In this document: piece after piece, positions 10,967 through 22,598 of the stretch | Layout of the letters: every line of letters begins with the position of its first letter | How positions within the stretch are numbered: position 1 is the first letter of the stretch | Made by a program: the position numbers and the translations under genes | From: an uncultured Actinomycetes bacterium | Lineage (GTDB): Bacteria; Actinomycetota; Thermoleophilia; Gaiellales; Gaiellaceae | Direction: 5' to 3' | NCBI GenBank assembly: GCA_963786725.1 | Contig: CAWBAD010000002.1 | Coordinates: 125,667-189,666 of the forward strand | Length of the DNA stretch: 64,000 nt | The notes under the pieces: generated by a model | The model's database searches: none | What the model was told of the DNA's origin: nothing | What the model saw: the letters and a program-made list of their open reading frames with translations, nothing else

Positions 10967-10969
10967 AGC
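10942..10969. terminator. perfect 10-bp inverted repeat spanning the overlapping 3' ends of convergent GT4 genes
   Basis: gctctacgag (10942-10951), agggcctg loop, ctcgtagagc (10960-10969). The left arm holds CTA (the minus-gene TAG, 10945-10947). The right arm holds TAG (the plus-gene stop, 10964-10966). Confidence 0.4.
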
Positions 10970-12043
10970 TGCTCGGTGCGCTCGATGCAGCGCTCCTCGA
11001 GGAACTCCGTCAGCGCTCGCCGGCGCCCTGCCGCTCCCATTCGCGCAGCCCGTTCGAGGTCGCCTGCCACCTCGACGATCGCTCGCGCCAGCGGCTCAGC
11101 CTCGCCCGGCGCCACCAGCACCCCGGTCTCGCCGTCGGCCACGAGCTCGCCGAGGCCGCCGATCGACGCAGCGATCACCGGCCGCGCTCGCTCCATCGCC
11201 TCGAGCGCCACCATGCCGAAGCCCTCGCCCATCGACGGGACGACGATCACCGCCGAACGCTCGATCGCGTCCTGGATCGGCGACACGTAGCCGAGGAAGC
11301 GCACGGCGTCGTCTACCTCGAGCTCGCGGGCCAGCGCCTTCAGCGCCGGCTCCAGCGGCCCGCGGCCGGCGATGTCGAGCGTCAGGCCGGGCACCTCCTT
11401 CCGCGCCTCCGCGAAGGCACGCAGCAGCACGATGTGCCCCTTGATCGGGATCAGCCGGCCGACGCAGAGCAGCCGCGGCGCCGACTCCCGCGTACGGCAA
11501 CGGCTCGCCGCGCGGCGCGATGCCGTAGTGGACGATCTCGAAGTCCTCCTCGTCGAAGCCCTCCGTCTGCTCCAGGTACTGCGCGAGGCCGCGCGAGATG
11601 GCGATGTGGACGTGCGCGAGGCTGGCGACGCCGCGGTCGGCGAGCGCGAAGGCGCGGCCCTCGCGGAACTCGTTGAAGCCGTGCTTCGTCGACACGCGCA
11701 CCGGCACGCCCGCGAGCGCGCCGGCGATCTGCCCGTACGCGTCGGCGTGGACGAGGTGCGTGTGGAGGATGTCGGGTCGCTCACGGCCGAGGTAGCGAGA
11801 CGAGCCGCATGAAGGCGACCGGATCGACGTCGCGGGCGATCGGGATCGCGTCGAGCGGCACGCCGCGCGACTCGAGCTCGCGCGCGAAGTCCCAGGCGCC
11901 AGGCTCGTGCTCGTGGAGCATGAGCATGCGCACGTCCCAGCCGCGCTCGGCGAGCCGCGGCAGCAGCGAGAGCAGGTGCGCCTCGGAGCCGGAGATGCCC
12001 GCCACCTTCTGGAAGTGCAGGACCTTGCGCCGTTCGTGCTCAT
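10945..12043 (-). CDS. GT4 family glycosyltransferase
   Basis: ATG 12041-12043, then ...RKVLHFQKVAGISGSEAHLLSLLPRLAERGWDV, ILHTHLVHADAYG, LLCVGRLIPIKGH, PSMGEGFGMVALEAMERARPVIAASIGGLGELV. At least 3 frame changes. Confidence 0.8.
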
Positions 12044-13101
12044 CGCTGGGCCACCTCGAGGATACGCTCGGCCCAGTGCTCGACCGAGTGGTCCGGCCGC
12101 CACGCGCTCGCGCAGCACGCGGCCGATCGAGGCGCGCTGCGCCGGGGTCATCACGGCCAGGCGCTCGATGCGAGCCGCGAGCTGCTCGGGGTCGTCGCGG
12201 TCGAACTGGAGCGGCACGAGCAGGCCGTCGAGCAGCTCGTCGAAGACGGGGTTCGACGCGATCACGGGCAGGCAGCTCGCCCCGGCCTCGTAGACGATCT
12301 TGTCCGGCGCGCCCGCCTCCATGTTGTTGACGAGGCAGTCGGCGCGGCCGAGGATCTCGGGCACCTCCGAGCGCAGCACGGCCGCGTCCGAGGCGTACGC
12401 GCGTGTCGAGGCCGAGCTCTCCGACGAGCCGCTCGAGCTCGGCCGCGGTGCTCGCGCTCGGCCGCGGTCAGCGCCGGGCCGTGGACCTCGAGCCGCGCGT
12501 CGAGGCCGCGTTCCGCGGCCAGTGCGACGCCCGCGCACGATCGTCTCCAGCCCCTTCGCGCGCGAGTAGCGGCCGAGCGACGCGACGCGGAAGTCGTTCG
12601 CACGCTGGCCCTCGCGTCGGCACGGGAACTCGTCGAGGTCGATGCCGTGGCCGATGGCGACGACCTTCGGCGAGTCGATCGGGAACGAGCGCCGGTCGAC
12701 GCTGACCACGGCCGTCGACGCCTTCTCGGCCGCCTCCAGCGTCCGCGTGCGCTTCCAGTGCGTGAACCAGAGCAGCAGCGGCACGCCGAGCGGTCGCGCG
12801 AGCGGCGCCGCCAGCACCGCGTAGATCGGGCACATGTGCGCGACGATCGCGACCGGCCGCGGCCGCCGCGCGAGCTCCTTCGGCGAGCGCGGCCTCGAAG
12901 CGCAGGCCGCGCCCGGCCTTCGTGCGCGACGCGAAGCTGAGGCTGCGGCAGTTGTCCGGCAGCGTGCCCGGGAAGCACGCGGTCGGCGAGCACGACGACC
13001 TCGTCGACCCGCTCGGCGAGCGCGCGGATCTTCGGCACCGTGGCCGCGAGCGCCGGGTGGCCCGGGTCGACCTGCTGGGTGATGAAGACGAGCCGCCGCA
13101 T
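12040..13101 (-). CDS. GT-B fold glycosyltransferase (GT4/GT1-like)
   Basis: MRRLVFITQQVDPGHPALAATVPKIRALAERVDEVVVLADRV..., MCPIYAVLAAPLARPLGVPLLLWFTHW, NNMEAGAPDKIVYEAGASCLPVIASNPVFDELL. It ends ...EVAQR* with an ATGA overlap at 12040-12043. Several frame changes. Confidence 0.65.
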
Positions 13102-13986
13102 CAGAAGAAGTCCGTGTCGCCGAGCGTGAAGCGCCAGGCGCGCGGGATCGGTGTTCAGCCGGCCCGCCAGCGCCTTGCCCATGAAGTGCAGCGTCTGCGG
13201 CGTCGGGCAGGAAGCCCGCGGCCAGGAACGCCCGCCGCTGCTCGGGCGCCGGCAGCGCGAACAGGAGCCGCGCCCGCGCCCGCTGTCGCGCCTCGGCGCA
13301 GCAGATCGGTCGGGCCAACGAGATCGGCGACCACCGAGATCGTCCGTCCCTTGTGCCGCTTGGCCGGCCAGACGACGGCGTAGCCGTCGTGCGTCGCGAA
13401 CGAGCTCGTAGCCGCGCGGCGAGTCGACGTAGCGCCAGCTGAGGTACTCGCGCGTCGCGGACGACGTGATTCGGCCAGCTCGACAGCCGCGTCGTCCGTC
13501 GATGCCGGCGGTGTACGCCGTCCGGTCCGAGGCGACACTTCGCCACGCGGGCCGCGCCCAGACGCGAAGCCTCCCGATCTCCGTCCAGCCGAGCGGGCCC
13601 GAGGAAGAGCGGCGCCGTCGGCGCGCTCGCGAACGCGAGCACGCAGGCGACGCCGCGCTCGGGCGCCTCCCGCTCGTGCTTCCGCTCGAGCTCGACGAAG
13701 ATGCCGCGCCCGCGCGCCGACGGGTGCGTCGTCGCGTGCACGGAGAAGCTCGCCGTCCGCTCCTCGCCGTCGAGCACCATGCGGCAGAGACGAGTGCGCG
13801 GCGACGCCGACGACGCGATCGTCCAGGACGCGCCACCGAGCGCAGGCTGCCCGCGGGGTTGCCGTCGAACCACCAGTCGAACTCGTCGCCGCGACATCGC
13901 GCCCTCGCCCCACGCCTCGCGCAGCAGCCGCAGGTAGTCCTCGCGATGCTCGGGCTCGTACGCCGACGAGCTCGGAAGTCACTCAC
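13101..13986 (-). CDS. GNAT-type acetyltransferase
   Basis: GTG 13984-13986, then ...YEPEHREDYLRLLREAWGEGAMS, GDEFDWWFDGNPAGSLRSVA, VLDDRVVGVAAHS, FSVHATTHPSARGRGIFVELERKHE (R-x-x-G-x-G). It ends WRFTLGDTDFF*. Many frame changes. Confidence 0.6.
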
Positions 13987-14878
13987 TTCGAGCTGGTGCC
14001 GAGCGCGGCGTTGAACAGCCGCCGCGCGTGCGTGCCGGCGACCGTGTCCTTGACCGCGATCAGGTCGCAGGCGCCGGCGAGCACGAGCTCGAACGTCCGC
14101 GGCGGGTACGGCTCGACGTTGTAGCGGTGGAGCTGGAGCGGGTCGGTGCTGCGGGCCGTTCGCGCCCGAGATCGACGTGAAGGCGACCTCGTAGCCGGCC
14201 TGCTTGAGCAGGCTCAGGTGGACGAGCCGGTAGTGCGCCTCCGAGCCCTTCACGTAGGCGAACGCGCGCACGGGCCGCCCGAGCGCCTCCTCGAGCCGCA
14301 GCTTCGAGAGCGTGATCTCGCGCGCCGCCTCGTCCACCTCGAGGTCGGCGAGCGGCCGGTGTCCGATCCCGTGCGACTCGACGCGGACGCCGGCCGCGTC
14401 CGAGCTCGGCGAGGTCCGCCCACTGAAGCGTCCGGTTGAGGATGCCGCGGCTGGCGAGGTGCTCGTCGTGCGGCAGCGGCCGCGAGCCGTCGAGGTAGCC
14501 GATCGGCACGAACAGCACCGCCGGGTAGCCGTAGCGCTGGAGCACGGGGACGGCGTTCTCGAGGTTGTCGCGGTAGCCGTCGTCGAAGGTGATCAGCACG
14601 GCGCCGCGGCGGCAGCGGCGCGCCGTCCACGTAGTAGGCGAGCACGTCGTCGAGCGAGACGGCGTGTAGCCGAGCTCTCCGAGCTGCGCCATCTGCTCGT
14701 CGAACAGCGTGACGGGGACGGTGACCGAGTTCTCCGGCTCGTCGTTGACCTTGTGGTACATGAGCACGCGCAGCGTGCGCTCGTCGCCGTTGTCGACGAC
14801 GCCGACGCCCGTCGCCGCCTCGCCGAGCGTGCGGTAGACGCCGTTCTTCAGCAGCTGCTTGAGCTCGTCGGCCCGCAC
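13983..14878 (-). CDS. polysaccharide deacetylase (CE4 family)
   Basis: VLMYHKVNDEPENSVTVPVTLFDEQMAQLGELGYTP, AVLITFDDGYRDNLENAVPVLQRYGYPAVLFVPIGY, then ESHGIGHRPLADL (my reconstruction), FAYVKGSEAHYRLVHLSLLKQAGYEVAFT. GTGA overlap at 13983-13986. Confidence 0.75.
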
Positions 14879-14882
14879 GGCG

Positions 14883-15998
14883 TCAGTGTAGAGCCGCTTC
14901 GACCAGCGCCTTCATGCGCTCGGCGAACTCCTCTGCGGTCTGGTTCCAGTCGGCGAAGCGCGCCGAGGCGGCGGCGCCGAGCCGCTCCGCGAGCTCGCGT
15001 TCGGAGAGCACGGCGGACGAGCGCGTCGGCCAGCCCGGCGGTGTCCTCCGGATCGACGAGCAGGCCCTGGACGCCGTCGTCGACGAGGTCGAGGACGCCG
15101 CCGGCGCGGCTGGCGACGACGCCGCGGCCGCGCGCGAACGCCTCGATGACGACGCGGCCGAGCCCCTCGTGGCGCGAGGGCAGGACGAGCAGCGTCGCAT
15201 CGTCGAGCGCGGCGGCGACGCCCTCCGGCGGTAGCACCTCGGTCAACTCGACCCGTCCGGGCAGCTCGGCGGCGAGCGTCTCGACCTCGCCTCGCAGCGG
15301 GCCCTTGCCGACGACGACCAGCCGCGCGTCCGGCACGCGGTCGGCGACGCGTCGCCAGGCAGCGGCGAGGCCGTCGACGTTCTTGTAGCGCTCGAGCACG
15401 CCGACGAAGAGCGCGGTCGGCGGCTCGGGCAGCGGCCGCAGCGGACCGCTCGGTGAAGACCGAGAGGTCGGTGTAGGTGGGAAAGACGGCGTCGGGCAGC
15501 GGCCGCGCACGGCCTCCACGAGCGTCGCGGTGTAGAGCGAGAGCGCGCGCACGGCGTCGGCGTGGCGGACGCCGTAGCGGTCGAGCGCGTCGACGAGCGG
15601 CGAGAGCAGTCGCCGCCCACCCGCAGCCGTAGAGCCGCGTCGAGTGGCGCCAGTCGCCGTGCACCTCGCAGATCACCTTCGCCCGGGGCGGCCCGCGAGG
15701 CGACGTCCGAGCATCACGAGCGTCGCCGTGCGCGGATCCTCGGCCACGATCGCCTCGGGCCGGAACTCCCGGATCGCCCGACGGACGCGGAAGGGCAGCC
15801 GTGCGTAGAAGACGAACCGTCCGCAGCCGGTGCCGCAGCGATCAGCTCGAACCGGCCGCTGGAGCGCGCCCCGTCCGCAGCACTCGCGAGCACGCGGTAG
15901 TCGAGCGCGTCGCCGACGGCCTCCCACTTGCGCTCCAGCCACGACGGCAGCGGCAGCCGGTAGCGCGTGCGACCGACGAAGAGCACGCGAGCCTTCAT
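14883..15998 (-). CDS. GT4 family glycosyltransferase (tandem paralog 1)
   Basis: MKARVLFVGRTRYRLPLPSWLERKWEAVGDALDYRVLAS, VICEVHGDWRHSTRLYG, FVGVLERYKNVDGLAAAW, PSRHEGLGRVVIEAFARGRGVVASRAGGVLDLV. Several frame changes. Confidence 0.75.
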
Positions 15999-17110
15999 CG
16001 GCGCTGCACCGCGCGCTCGACGAGCGCGCAGTCCGCTCCGCGAACTCCTCCGGCGTGAAGACGAATTCGTTCGCGCGCTCGCGGGCGCAGCGGCCCATCC
16101 GCTCTGACTCGTCCCGATCGGAGAGCAGCCCGGCCATCGCGTCCGCGATCCCCTCCACGTCGTCGGGGTCGACGAGCACGCCGCTGACGCCGTCCTCGAC
16201 GACGTCGGGCACGCCGCCGACGCGCCCGCCGACGACGGCGCGGCCACGGCAGAAGCGCCTCCAGCACGATGCGCGGCGTTCCCTCGGCACGCGAGGGCAG
16301 AAGCAGGAGCCAGGCGTCGTCGAGGGCGCGGACAACCTGCTCCTCCGGCTCGCTCGGCGTCCACGTGACGCGGTCTGGGAGTTCCGCGACGAGCGTCTCC
16401 GGCAATGTCGCGCCGGTGCCCGTCCCCGATCAACCGCAGCGATGCGCCGGGCAGCTCGCTCGGCGACGAGCCGCCATGCCGCGGCGAGGTTCTCGACGTT
16501 CTTGTACGACTCGAGCACGCCGACGAAGAGCGCACGTGGCTCGGCGGGCAGCGGCGACGGGCGCGCTCGGTGAACGCCTCGAGGTCGGTGAAGGCGATGA
16601 AGGCGGCCGCCGGCTCGACGCCGACCTCGCGCGCGAGGCTCGGTCGTGTACGGCGACAGCGTGCGCACGGCGTCCGCGTGGCGCAGCGCCCACGGGGCGA
16701 CGCGGTCGGTCACGGGCGACAGGGCACGACGAAGCGGCGAGCCGTAGAGGCGCGGGAACGTCCGCCAGTCGCCGTGGAGCTCGACGATGAGTGCGGCTCG
16801 CGAGCGCGCGAGGCCGCGACCGGCGAGCACGGCGACCGCCTCGTACGGGCTCTGCGTCGTCACCGCGTCCGGCCGGAAGCGGCGCAGCTCGCGTGCGACA
16901 CGAAACGGCAGCGCGCCGTAGAACGCCGCGCCGTCGAGCACCGGCAGCCGTCGCCAGAGGCTGAACGTCTCGTCGCCGCGCGAGCCGTCGGCCGACGACG
17001 CGAGCACGCGGACGTCGAGCGCGCCGCGCAGCGCCGCGAACTTCCGCTCCAGGCTCGTCGGAGAGCGGCAGCCGATAGCGCGTGCGACCGACCATCAGCA
17101 GCTTCCTCAT
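15995..17110 (-). CDS. GT4 family glycosyltransferase (tandem paralog 2)
   Basis: MRKLLMVGRTRYRLPLS..., LIVELHGDWRTFPRLYG, FVGVLESYKNVENLAAAW, PSRAEGTPRIVLEAFCRGRAVVGGRVGGVPDVV. The layout matches 14883..15998. ATGA overlaps at both ends. Confidence 0.75.
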
Positions 17111-18242
17111 CGCGCCGCCTCCACGAGCACGGCTTCGATGCGGGAGAGCATCTCCTCGCGCCCGTAGCCGGCCACCGACGGCGCGGCCGCCGCTGCGAGC
17201 CGTTCCCGCAGACCCCGCTCGCCGTAGAAGCGACGGATCGCCGCTGCCAGCGCGCCGGCGTCTCCGGCGGGCACGAGCAGGCCGTTCTCGCCGTCCCGTA
17301 CGACCTCGCCCACGCCGCCGACCCTGGTCGCGATCACGGGCGTGCCGACTGCGAGCGACTCGACGACGGTGTGCGGGAAGTTCTCCCACGTCGAGGAGAG
17401 AAGGCTCGCGTCGGCGGCGCGGAAGAGCTCAGAACACGTCGTCGCGCGGCAGCGGCCCGAGGAAGCGGACGCGTCCGCCGAGCCGGAGCTCGCCCGCCCG
17501 ATGCTCCATCTCCTCGCGCTCTGGCCCGTCACCCGCCACGAGCAGCGAGACGCCTGCCACCTGCGCCACGGCTTCGAGCCCCACCTCCGAGCGACTTCTG
17601 GCGGCCGATCCGCCCGGCGAAGGCGAGCGTGGGGCCGTCGACGCCGACCGCGGTCGCGTGCCTCGTCGCGAGTAGGCAGCCGCGGGAGGTCGGGCGCCGG
17701 GTTCGGGATCACGAGCGCCCGGTCGGCCGGCACGCCCCAGGAGACGGCCATGTCCCGCAGGTATGCGCTCGGGCAGAGGACGCGTATCGCCTGCCGTAGC
17801 GCTGCGTCCCGCGACCGGCGCAGCCCACGGATACGGAGATCGCCGTCGGCGTGCTGGAACGCGTCCATGTCGCCGTCGAAGAGACCCCGCCGCTGCGCGC
17901 GCTCGTACGCCTCGTCCGTCGTCAGCTTGATGACGAGCGGCCGCCGCGCCGCCTTCGCTCCCAGCGCCGCCCGGCCGATCATGCTCGTCGCGTAGACAAC
18001 GTCTGCGCCACGCGCGCGGGACCGGACCTTTTCAGCCACGCCGAAGGTGTCTGACGCCTAGCGGAGTCTCTCTGGAGATCCAGTGCACGGGGTACGACTC
18101 GGGCGCCGGCGAGCCGTCCGCAGTGGTCACTACCTCCACCTGGTGGCCGCGCTCCAGCAAGATACGCCGCCAGCTCCGGCGCATGGCTGGCAGGTCCGCC
18201 GACGTCCGGCGGCCAGATGCCCGAAACGATCAACACGTTCAC
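17107..18242 (-). CDS. GT4 family glycosyltransferase
   Basis: GTG 18240-18242 gives NVLIVSGIWPPDVGGPASHAPELAAYLA. ORF 17107..18039 adds VVYATSMIGRAALGAKAARRPLVIKLTTDEAYERA and SSTWENFPHTVVESLAVGTPVIATRVGGVGEVV. Confidence 0.75.
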
Positions 18243-19524
18243 GGGGTCGCACCTCGAATCTGGGCCAGCAGCACGATCCAGATCACGCAGAAGACGACTG
18301 TCGAGGCGAGCACGGCGCCCGCGGCTCCCGTCGCCCCCCACTCACGACCGAGAACGACGACGAGCGGGATCATCACGACCGACTCGATGCCGTGCGCGAT
18401 GACGCGCAGCCCCGGCCGCCCGATCGAGACCGGCAGCGACTTCGACCAGCCGAAGACGAACTGCAGCGCCGCCGCCAGCAGCACCAGCCGGGCGGCGTCG
18501 CTCGCGCCCTCGTAGTCCTCCCCGTAGAGGACGCGGACGAGCCAGGGCATGAGGATGTAGACCGGCGGCACGATCAGCGCCATCAGCGGCGCCGCCCACG
18601 ACGCGTAACTGCGAACGCCTGCGAACACAGCGGCGGTAGCGCCGCGTGCCCAGTCCCGCGTCTGCTCGGTGAGCATGATCAGCCGTGCCGGCGCGCTGAG
18701 CGAGGCGAGCCCCTGCTGCGGCGCCTGGGCGATGCGGAAGAAGCCGACCTGCACCGGCTTGGAGACGACGCCGAGCAGAAGCGGTGCCAGCGCACCACGC
18801 AGCGAGACTACGCCCGTCGCGAGACTCGAGTGAAAGACGAAGCGGAGGATGTCGCGGCGGTCCTCTTCGAGCCGCACCGGCTCGGCGGCGGGAAAGCGAC
18901 GGAACGCGGCGAGCGCGACCGCGGCAAGCAGCACGGTCGCCAGAGCTTGCGCGACGACGATGCCCACAACAGCCTGCGTGACTCCGAAATGGGCGCCGAT
19001 GGCGAGCCCGGTCATCCGCAGCCCCATCGAGGAGGCGAGCAGCCAGGCGCGGACGTCGTAGCGCTCGCGAAGGATGAGCGCCGCGCTGGCGACGCCCTCG
19101 GGGCTCTGTAGCAGGGGCAGTACCGCGGCGACGAGGAACGGGACTGTGAGGTCTGTGCCGCCGAAGATCGAGTCGGCGACCGGCGCGATGGCGACGAGCA
19201 CGATGCCGGCGGCGACCCCGCCCGCCGCCTTGACCAGGAGCGCCTGTCGGAACAGCCGGCGCAGCCGTCCCCACGACTCTCGCCGTCGCGTAGTCGAACC
19301 CATACTTCACGAGCGCTTCCTCGGCGGTGAGGTCGAGGAGGCTCTGGAAGAAGCCCGTCGCGACCACGACCACGGCCAGGAGGCCGAAGTCGTCCGGGCC
19401 CAGCTGACGCGCCGCGAACAGGGTCCCGAGGAAGCCGAACCCGACGGAGAGATAGATACCCGCCGCAGTTGCGGAACGCCGGAGGCCGATAGCGAGACAG
19501 CCGTTTGAGCGGCGAGGCCGTCAA
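18239..19524 (-). CDS. wzx: oligosaccharide/polysaccharide flippase (MOP/Wzx family)
   Basis: ORF 18239..19303 is polytopic (12 or more hydrophobic segments, e.g. LLVKAAGGVAAGIVLVAIAP, VVGIVVAQALATVLLAAVALAAF, VVMIPLVVVLG). The N-terminus LAIGLRRSATAAGIYLSVGFGFLGTLFAARQLGPDDFGLLAVVVVATGFFQS lies in other frames. Start is approximate (TTG 19522-19524?). Confidence 0.7.
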
Positions 19525-19549
19525 ACGGGGGCCAGTATAGTGGCCGCCC

Positions 19550-20953
19550 GTGGCGGTACCCACGCCTTCGAACGGCGGCTCGGGCGCCGAGACGGCCTCG
19601 CTGACGCGGCTCGATGCCATTCCGGCCTCGGTGGTGCTCGCGGCCGCGATCCCCCTCCTCTTCTTCCACATCGACTTCCAGCCGGGCTTCACGGTGGACG
19701 TCGGATCGCTGTCCGCCCACGTGGTGCTGTCCGACTTCGCAGTGCTTGCGGTCGCCCTCGTCGCGGTCATTGCCGGTGTCAGACACGGGTTCGCGCCACT
19801 CCGCGCCGGGTGGCCGATCTGGCTTGCCGGCGGGCTGCTCGTCCTCCTCGTCGGCGCCGCGAGCCTCTATCCGAGGATCTGGGACGACGGGTACGACGTC
19901 TCTACGCACGCGGTGACTGCGGCGAAGTTCGGCGAGTACGCGCTGCTCGCACCGGCCGTGCCGTTGCTGCTGCGCACGGCGCGCGATCTCGAGCTCGTGC
20001 TCGCTGCGCTCGTCGTCTGGGCGACCGCCGCGGCGGCCGTCGGCGTGCTCCAGATCTTCGGCGTCGACATCTTCGATGCCTGGTCCGCCGGGCGGCGCCA
20101 GCCGTCGTTCCTCGGCCACTACGACCTGGCGGCGCTGTGCGGGGCGTCGCTGCTGCTCGCCCTGGTCGTGCTCGCGCTGCGACCGACGATCTCGCTTCCC
20201 GACTGGCTGCTCGTCGTCGCCGGGGTCAGCGGGTGCCGTCGGAGTGACGGTGTCCGGCTCGGCGGCCGCGGGACTCGGCCTCGCCGCCGCCGCGGCCGCC
20301 GTGCTGCTCGTCGCCGCCTACTTGCGGCGTTTGACCGTCAGGCGAGCACTGGCCTCGCTCGCCGTGGTCGGCGCCGTCGCCGTCGGCATCCTCGTCATGC
20401 GCGGCGGCGACGTCGACCAGTTCGTCCGCTTCCTCGGCATCCGCGAGCACGATCCGTCCGCCCAGGAGAACGTCCAGACCTACGTCCAGCGCACGATGCT
20501 CGCGTACATCGGCTGGCAGATCTTCCTCGACCATCCGGTCGGCAGGCGCAGGCTGGCAGGCCTCTGGGAAGGAGGAGCAGGTCTACGGCGACTACCTCGA
20601 CGACGCCCGGCGCGAGTTCCCGGACACGCCGGAGGAGGCGTTCCCCTCGCCGGAGCACCCGTACGGAATCCAGAACGCGTACGTCCAGGCGCTCGCCGAC
20701 CTTGGCCTCGATCGGCTTCCTGTTGCTCATGGCGACGTTCGTTGCCGGCTTGTGGCTGGCCACGCGGGCTGCGCTGCGAGGGCCGCCTGAGGCTCGCCTG
20801 CCCGGCGTGCTTGCCGGCGCCTGGCTGCTGCTCGCGATGGGCACATGGACGGCTGTCGGGCTCGTCGCGGGAGTGCCGCTCGACGCGCTCACGTGGATCG
20901 CCCTCGGACTGGCCGCGGCCGCCGCCGCTGGAGCGAAGCTTGGCCGCGCCTGA
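19550..20953 (+). CDS. O-antigen ligase/polymerase-like membrane protein (Wzy_C-type)
   Basis: Polytopic (VVLAAAIPLLFFHI, VVLSDFAVLAVALVAVIAG, LAGGLLVLLVGAASL...). The central part YIGWQIFLDHPVGGAGWQ... is in another frame. The C-terminus reads IGFLLLMATFVAGLWLATRA...LLLAMGTWTAVGLVAG. I cannot separate a Wzy role from a WaaL role. Confidence 0.6.
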   Translation: MAVPTPSNGGSGAETASLTRLDAIPASVVLAAAIPLLFFHIDFQPGFTVDVGSLSAHVVLSDFAVLAVALVAVIAGVRHGFAPLRAGWPIWLAGGLLVLLVGAASLYPRIWDDGYDVSTHAVTAAKFGEYALLAPAVPLLLRTARDLELVLAALVVWATAAAAVGVLQIFGVDIFDAWSAGRRQPSFLGHYDLAALCGASLLLALVVLALRPTISLPDWLLVVAGVSGCRRSDGVRLGGRGTRPRRRRGRRAARRRLLAAFDRQASTGLARRGRRRRRRHPRHARRRRRPVRPLPRHPRARSVRPGERPDLRPAHDARVHRLADLPRPSGRQAQAGRPLGRRSRSTATTSTTPGASSRTRRRRRSPRRSTRTESRTRTSRRSPTLASIGFLLLMATFVAGLWLATRAALRGPPEARLPGVLAGAWLLLAMGTWTAVGLVAGVPLDALTWIALGLAAAAAAGAKLGRA

Positions 20954-21008
20954 CACGCCGCCGGGCGCCGAGCATCGGCAGCCCGCGAAGAGCCGCATCA
21001 CGTACCAC

Positions 21009-21664
21009 GTGCGCGCCGCGCTCTCGACGTGGCTGCAGGCCGAAGCCGCCCGCGCCGCATACCGACCTCGGCCGTTACCGAGTGCTCGACGTCGGTTGCG
21101 GCATCAAGCCGTACCTCCCCTACTTCGAGCCGTATGCGGACGAGTACGTGGGCGTCGACATCGACAACCCCGCGGCCGACCTCGAAGGCTCGGTCGAGGC
21201 GCTGCCGGTCGAGGACGGGCTCGTTCGATCTCGTGCTCTGCACGCAGGTGCTGGAGCACGTCGAGGATCCCGCGCGGGCCGTGCGCGAGCTGCATCGCGT
21301 CACGTCGCCGGGCGGGCGCGTGCTCGCCTCGACGCACGGCGTCCAGGTCTACCACCCGTCTCCGACCGACTACTGGCGCTGGACGCACGCGGGGCTCGAG
21401 CGGCTGTTCGACCGCGGAGCGCAGCCTGGGCGTCCGTCTCCGTGACGCCGGTCGGAGGCGCGGCCACCTGCCTCGCCGCGATGTCGGCCGTCTACGCCGA
21501 CCTGCTCTTCCGCAAGGTGCACCTGACGCCGCTTGCGCGGGCATCGGTCTGGACGCTCAACTCCCTCGGCGGCCTCGTCGACCGGCGCGGTACCCTCGTT
21601 GCGCGCGCCGATCCCCGGCTCGCTCTTCCTCAACTTCCACGTGGTGGCGGACAAGCCGAAATGA
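21009..21664 (+). CDS. class I SAM-dependent methyltransferase (type 11-like)
   Basis: YRVLDVGCGIKPYLPYFEPYADEYVGVDID, LPVEDGSFDLVLCTQVLEHVEDPARAVRELHRVTSPGGRVLAST. It ends ...FLNFHVVADKPK*. Start is uncertain. At least 3 frame changes. Confidence 0.65.
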
Positions 21665-22598
21665 CGAGCCTGGTTACCGGCGGCGCGGGCTTCATCGGCT
21701 CCAACCTCGTGCGGGCGCTGCTCGAGCGCGGCGACGACGTCCGCGTGCTCGACAACTTCTCGACGGGGCGCCGCGACGAACCTCGCCGGGCTCGAGGCAG
21801 ACGTCGAGCTCGTGGAGGGCGAGCTGCGGAGCTACGAACGTGTGCACACGGCCGTCCGCGGCTGCGAGCTCGTCTTCCACCTCGGCGCGCTCGGCTCGGT
21901 GCCGCGCTCGGTCCAGGATCCGCTGACGACGAGCGCCGTCAACGTCGAGGGCACGCTGAACGTCCTGCTCGCGGCGCGCGACGAGGGCGTGCGCCGCGTC
22001 GTCTTCGCGTCGTCCTCGTCCGTGTACGGCAACGCCGCCGAGCTGCCGCTGCGGGAGTCGATGTCGCCCGACCCGATCTCGCCCTACGGCGTCGCGAAGC
22101 TCGCCGCCGAGCGGTACTGCGTGAGCTTCAGCCGCGTGTACGAGCTTCGAGACGGTCGTGCTGCGCTACTTCAACGTCTTCGGGCCTCGCCAGGACCCCG
22201 GGCTCGCAGTACGCCGCCGTGGTGCCGCTCTTCATCACCGCGATCGCGCCAGGGCGAGCCGGTCACGATCTTCGACGACGGCGAGCAGTCACGCGACTTC
22301 ACGTACGTCGACAACGTCGTCGCGGCCAACCTCCGCGCCGCCGAGGCGGCGGGCGCGAACGGCCGGATCTTCAACGTCGTCCGCCGGAACGCCGACGACG
22401 CGTCAACGCAGCTCGCGGAGACGATCGCCCGACTGCTCGGCAAGCAGCTCGAGAAGACGTACCTGCCGCCGCGCTCGGGCGATCTCCGCAACTCGTGGGC
22501 CGACCCGCGCGACGCGCGCGAGCGTGCTCGGCTGGGAGCCTCACGTCGGACTCGAGGACGGCCTGCGCCTGACCGCCGAGAGCCTTGGCGCCGCCTGA
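21661..22598 (+). CDS. NAD-dependent sugar epimerase/dehydratase (GalE/WbpP-like)
   Basis: MTSLVTGGAGFIGSNLVRALLERGDDVRVLDNFSTG, FASSSSVYGN, SPYGVAKLAAERY (YxxxK), LRYFNVFGPRQDP, DGEQSRDFTYVDNVV. ATGA overlap at 21661-21664. Confidence 0.8.
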
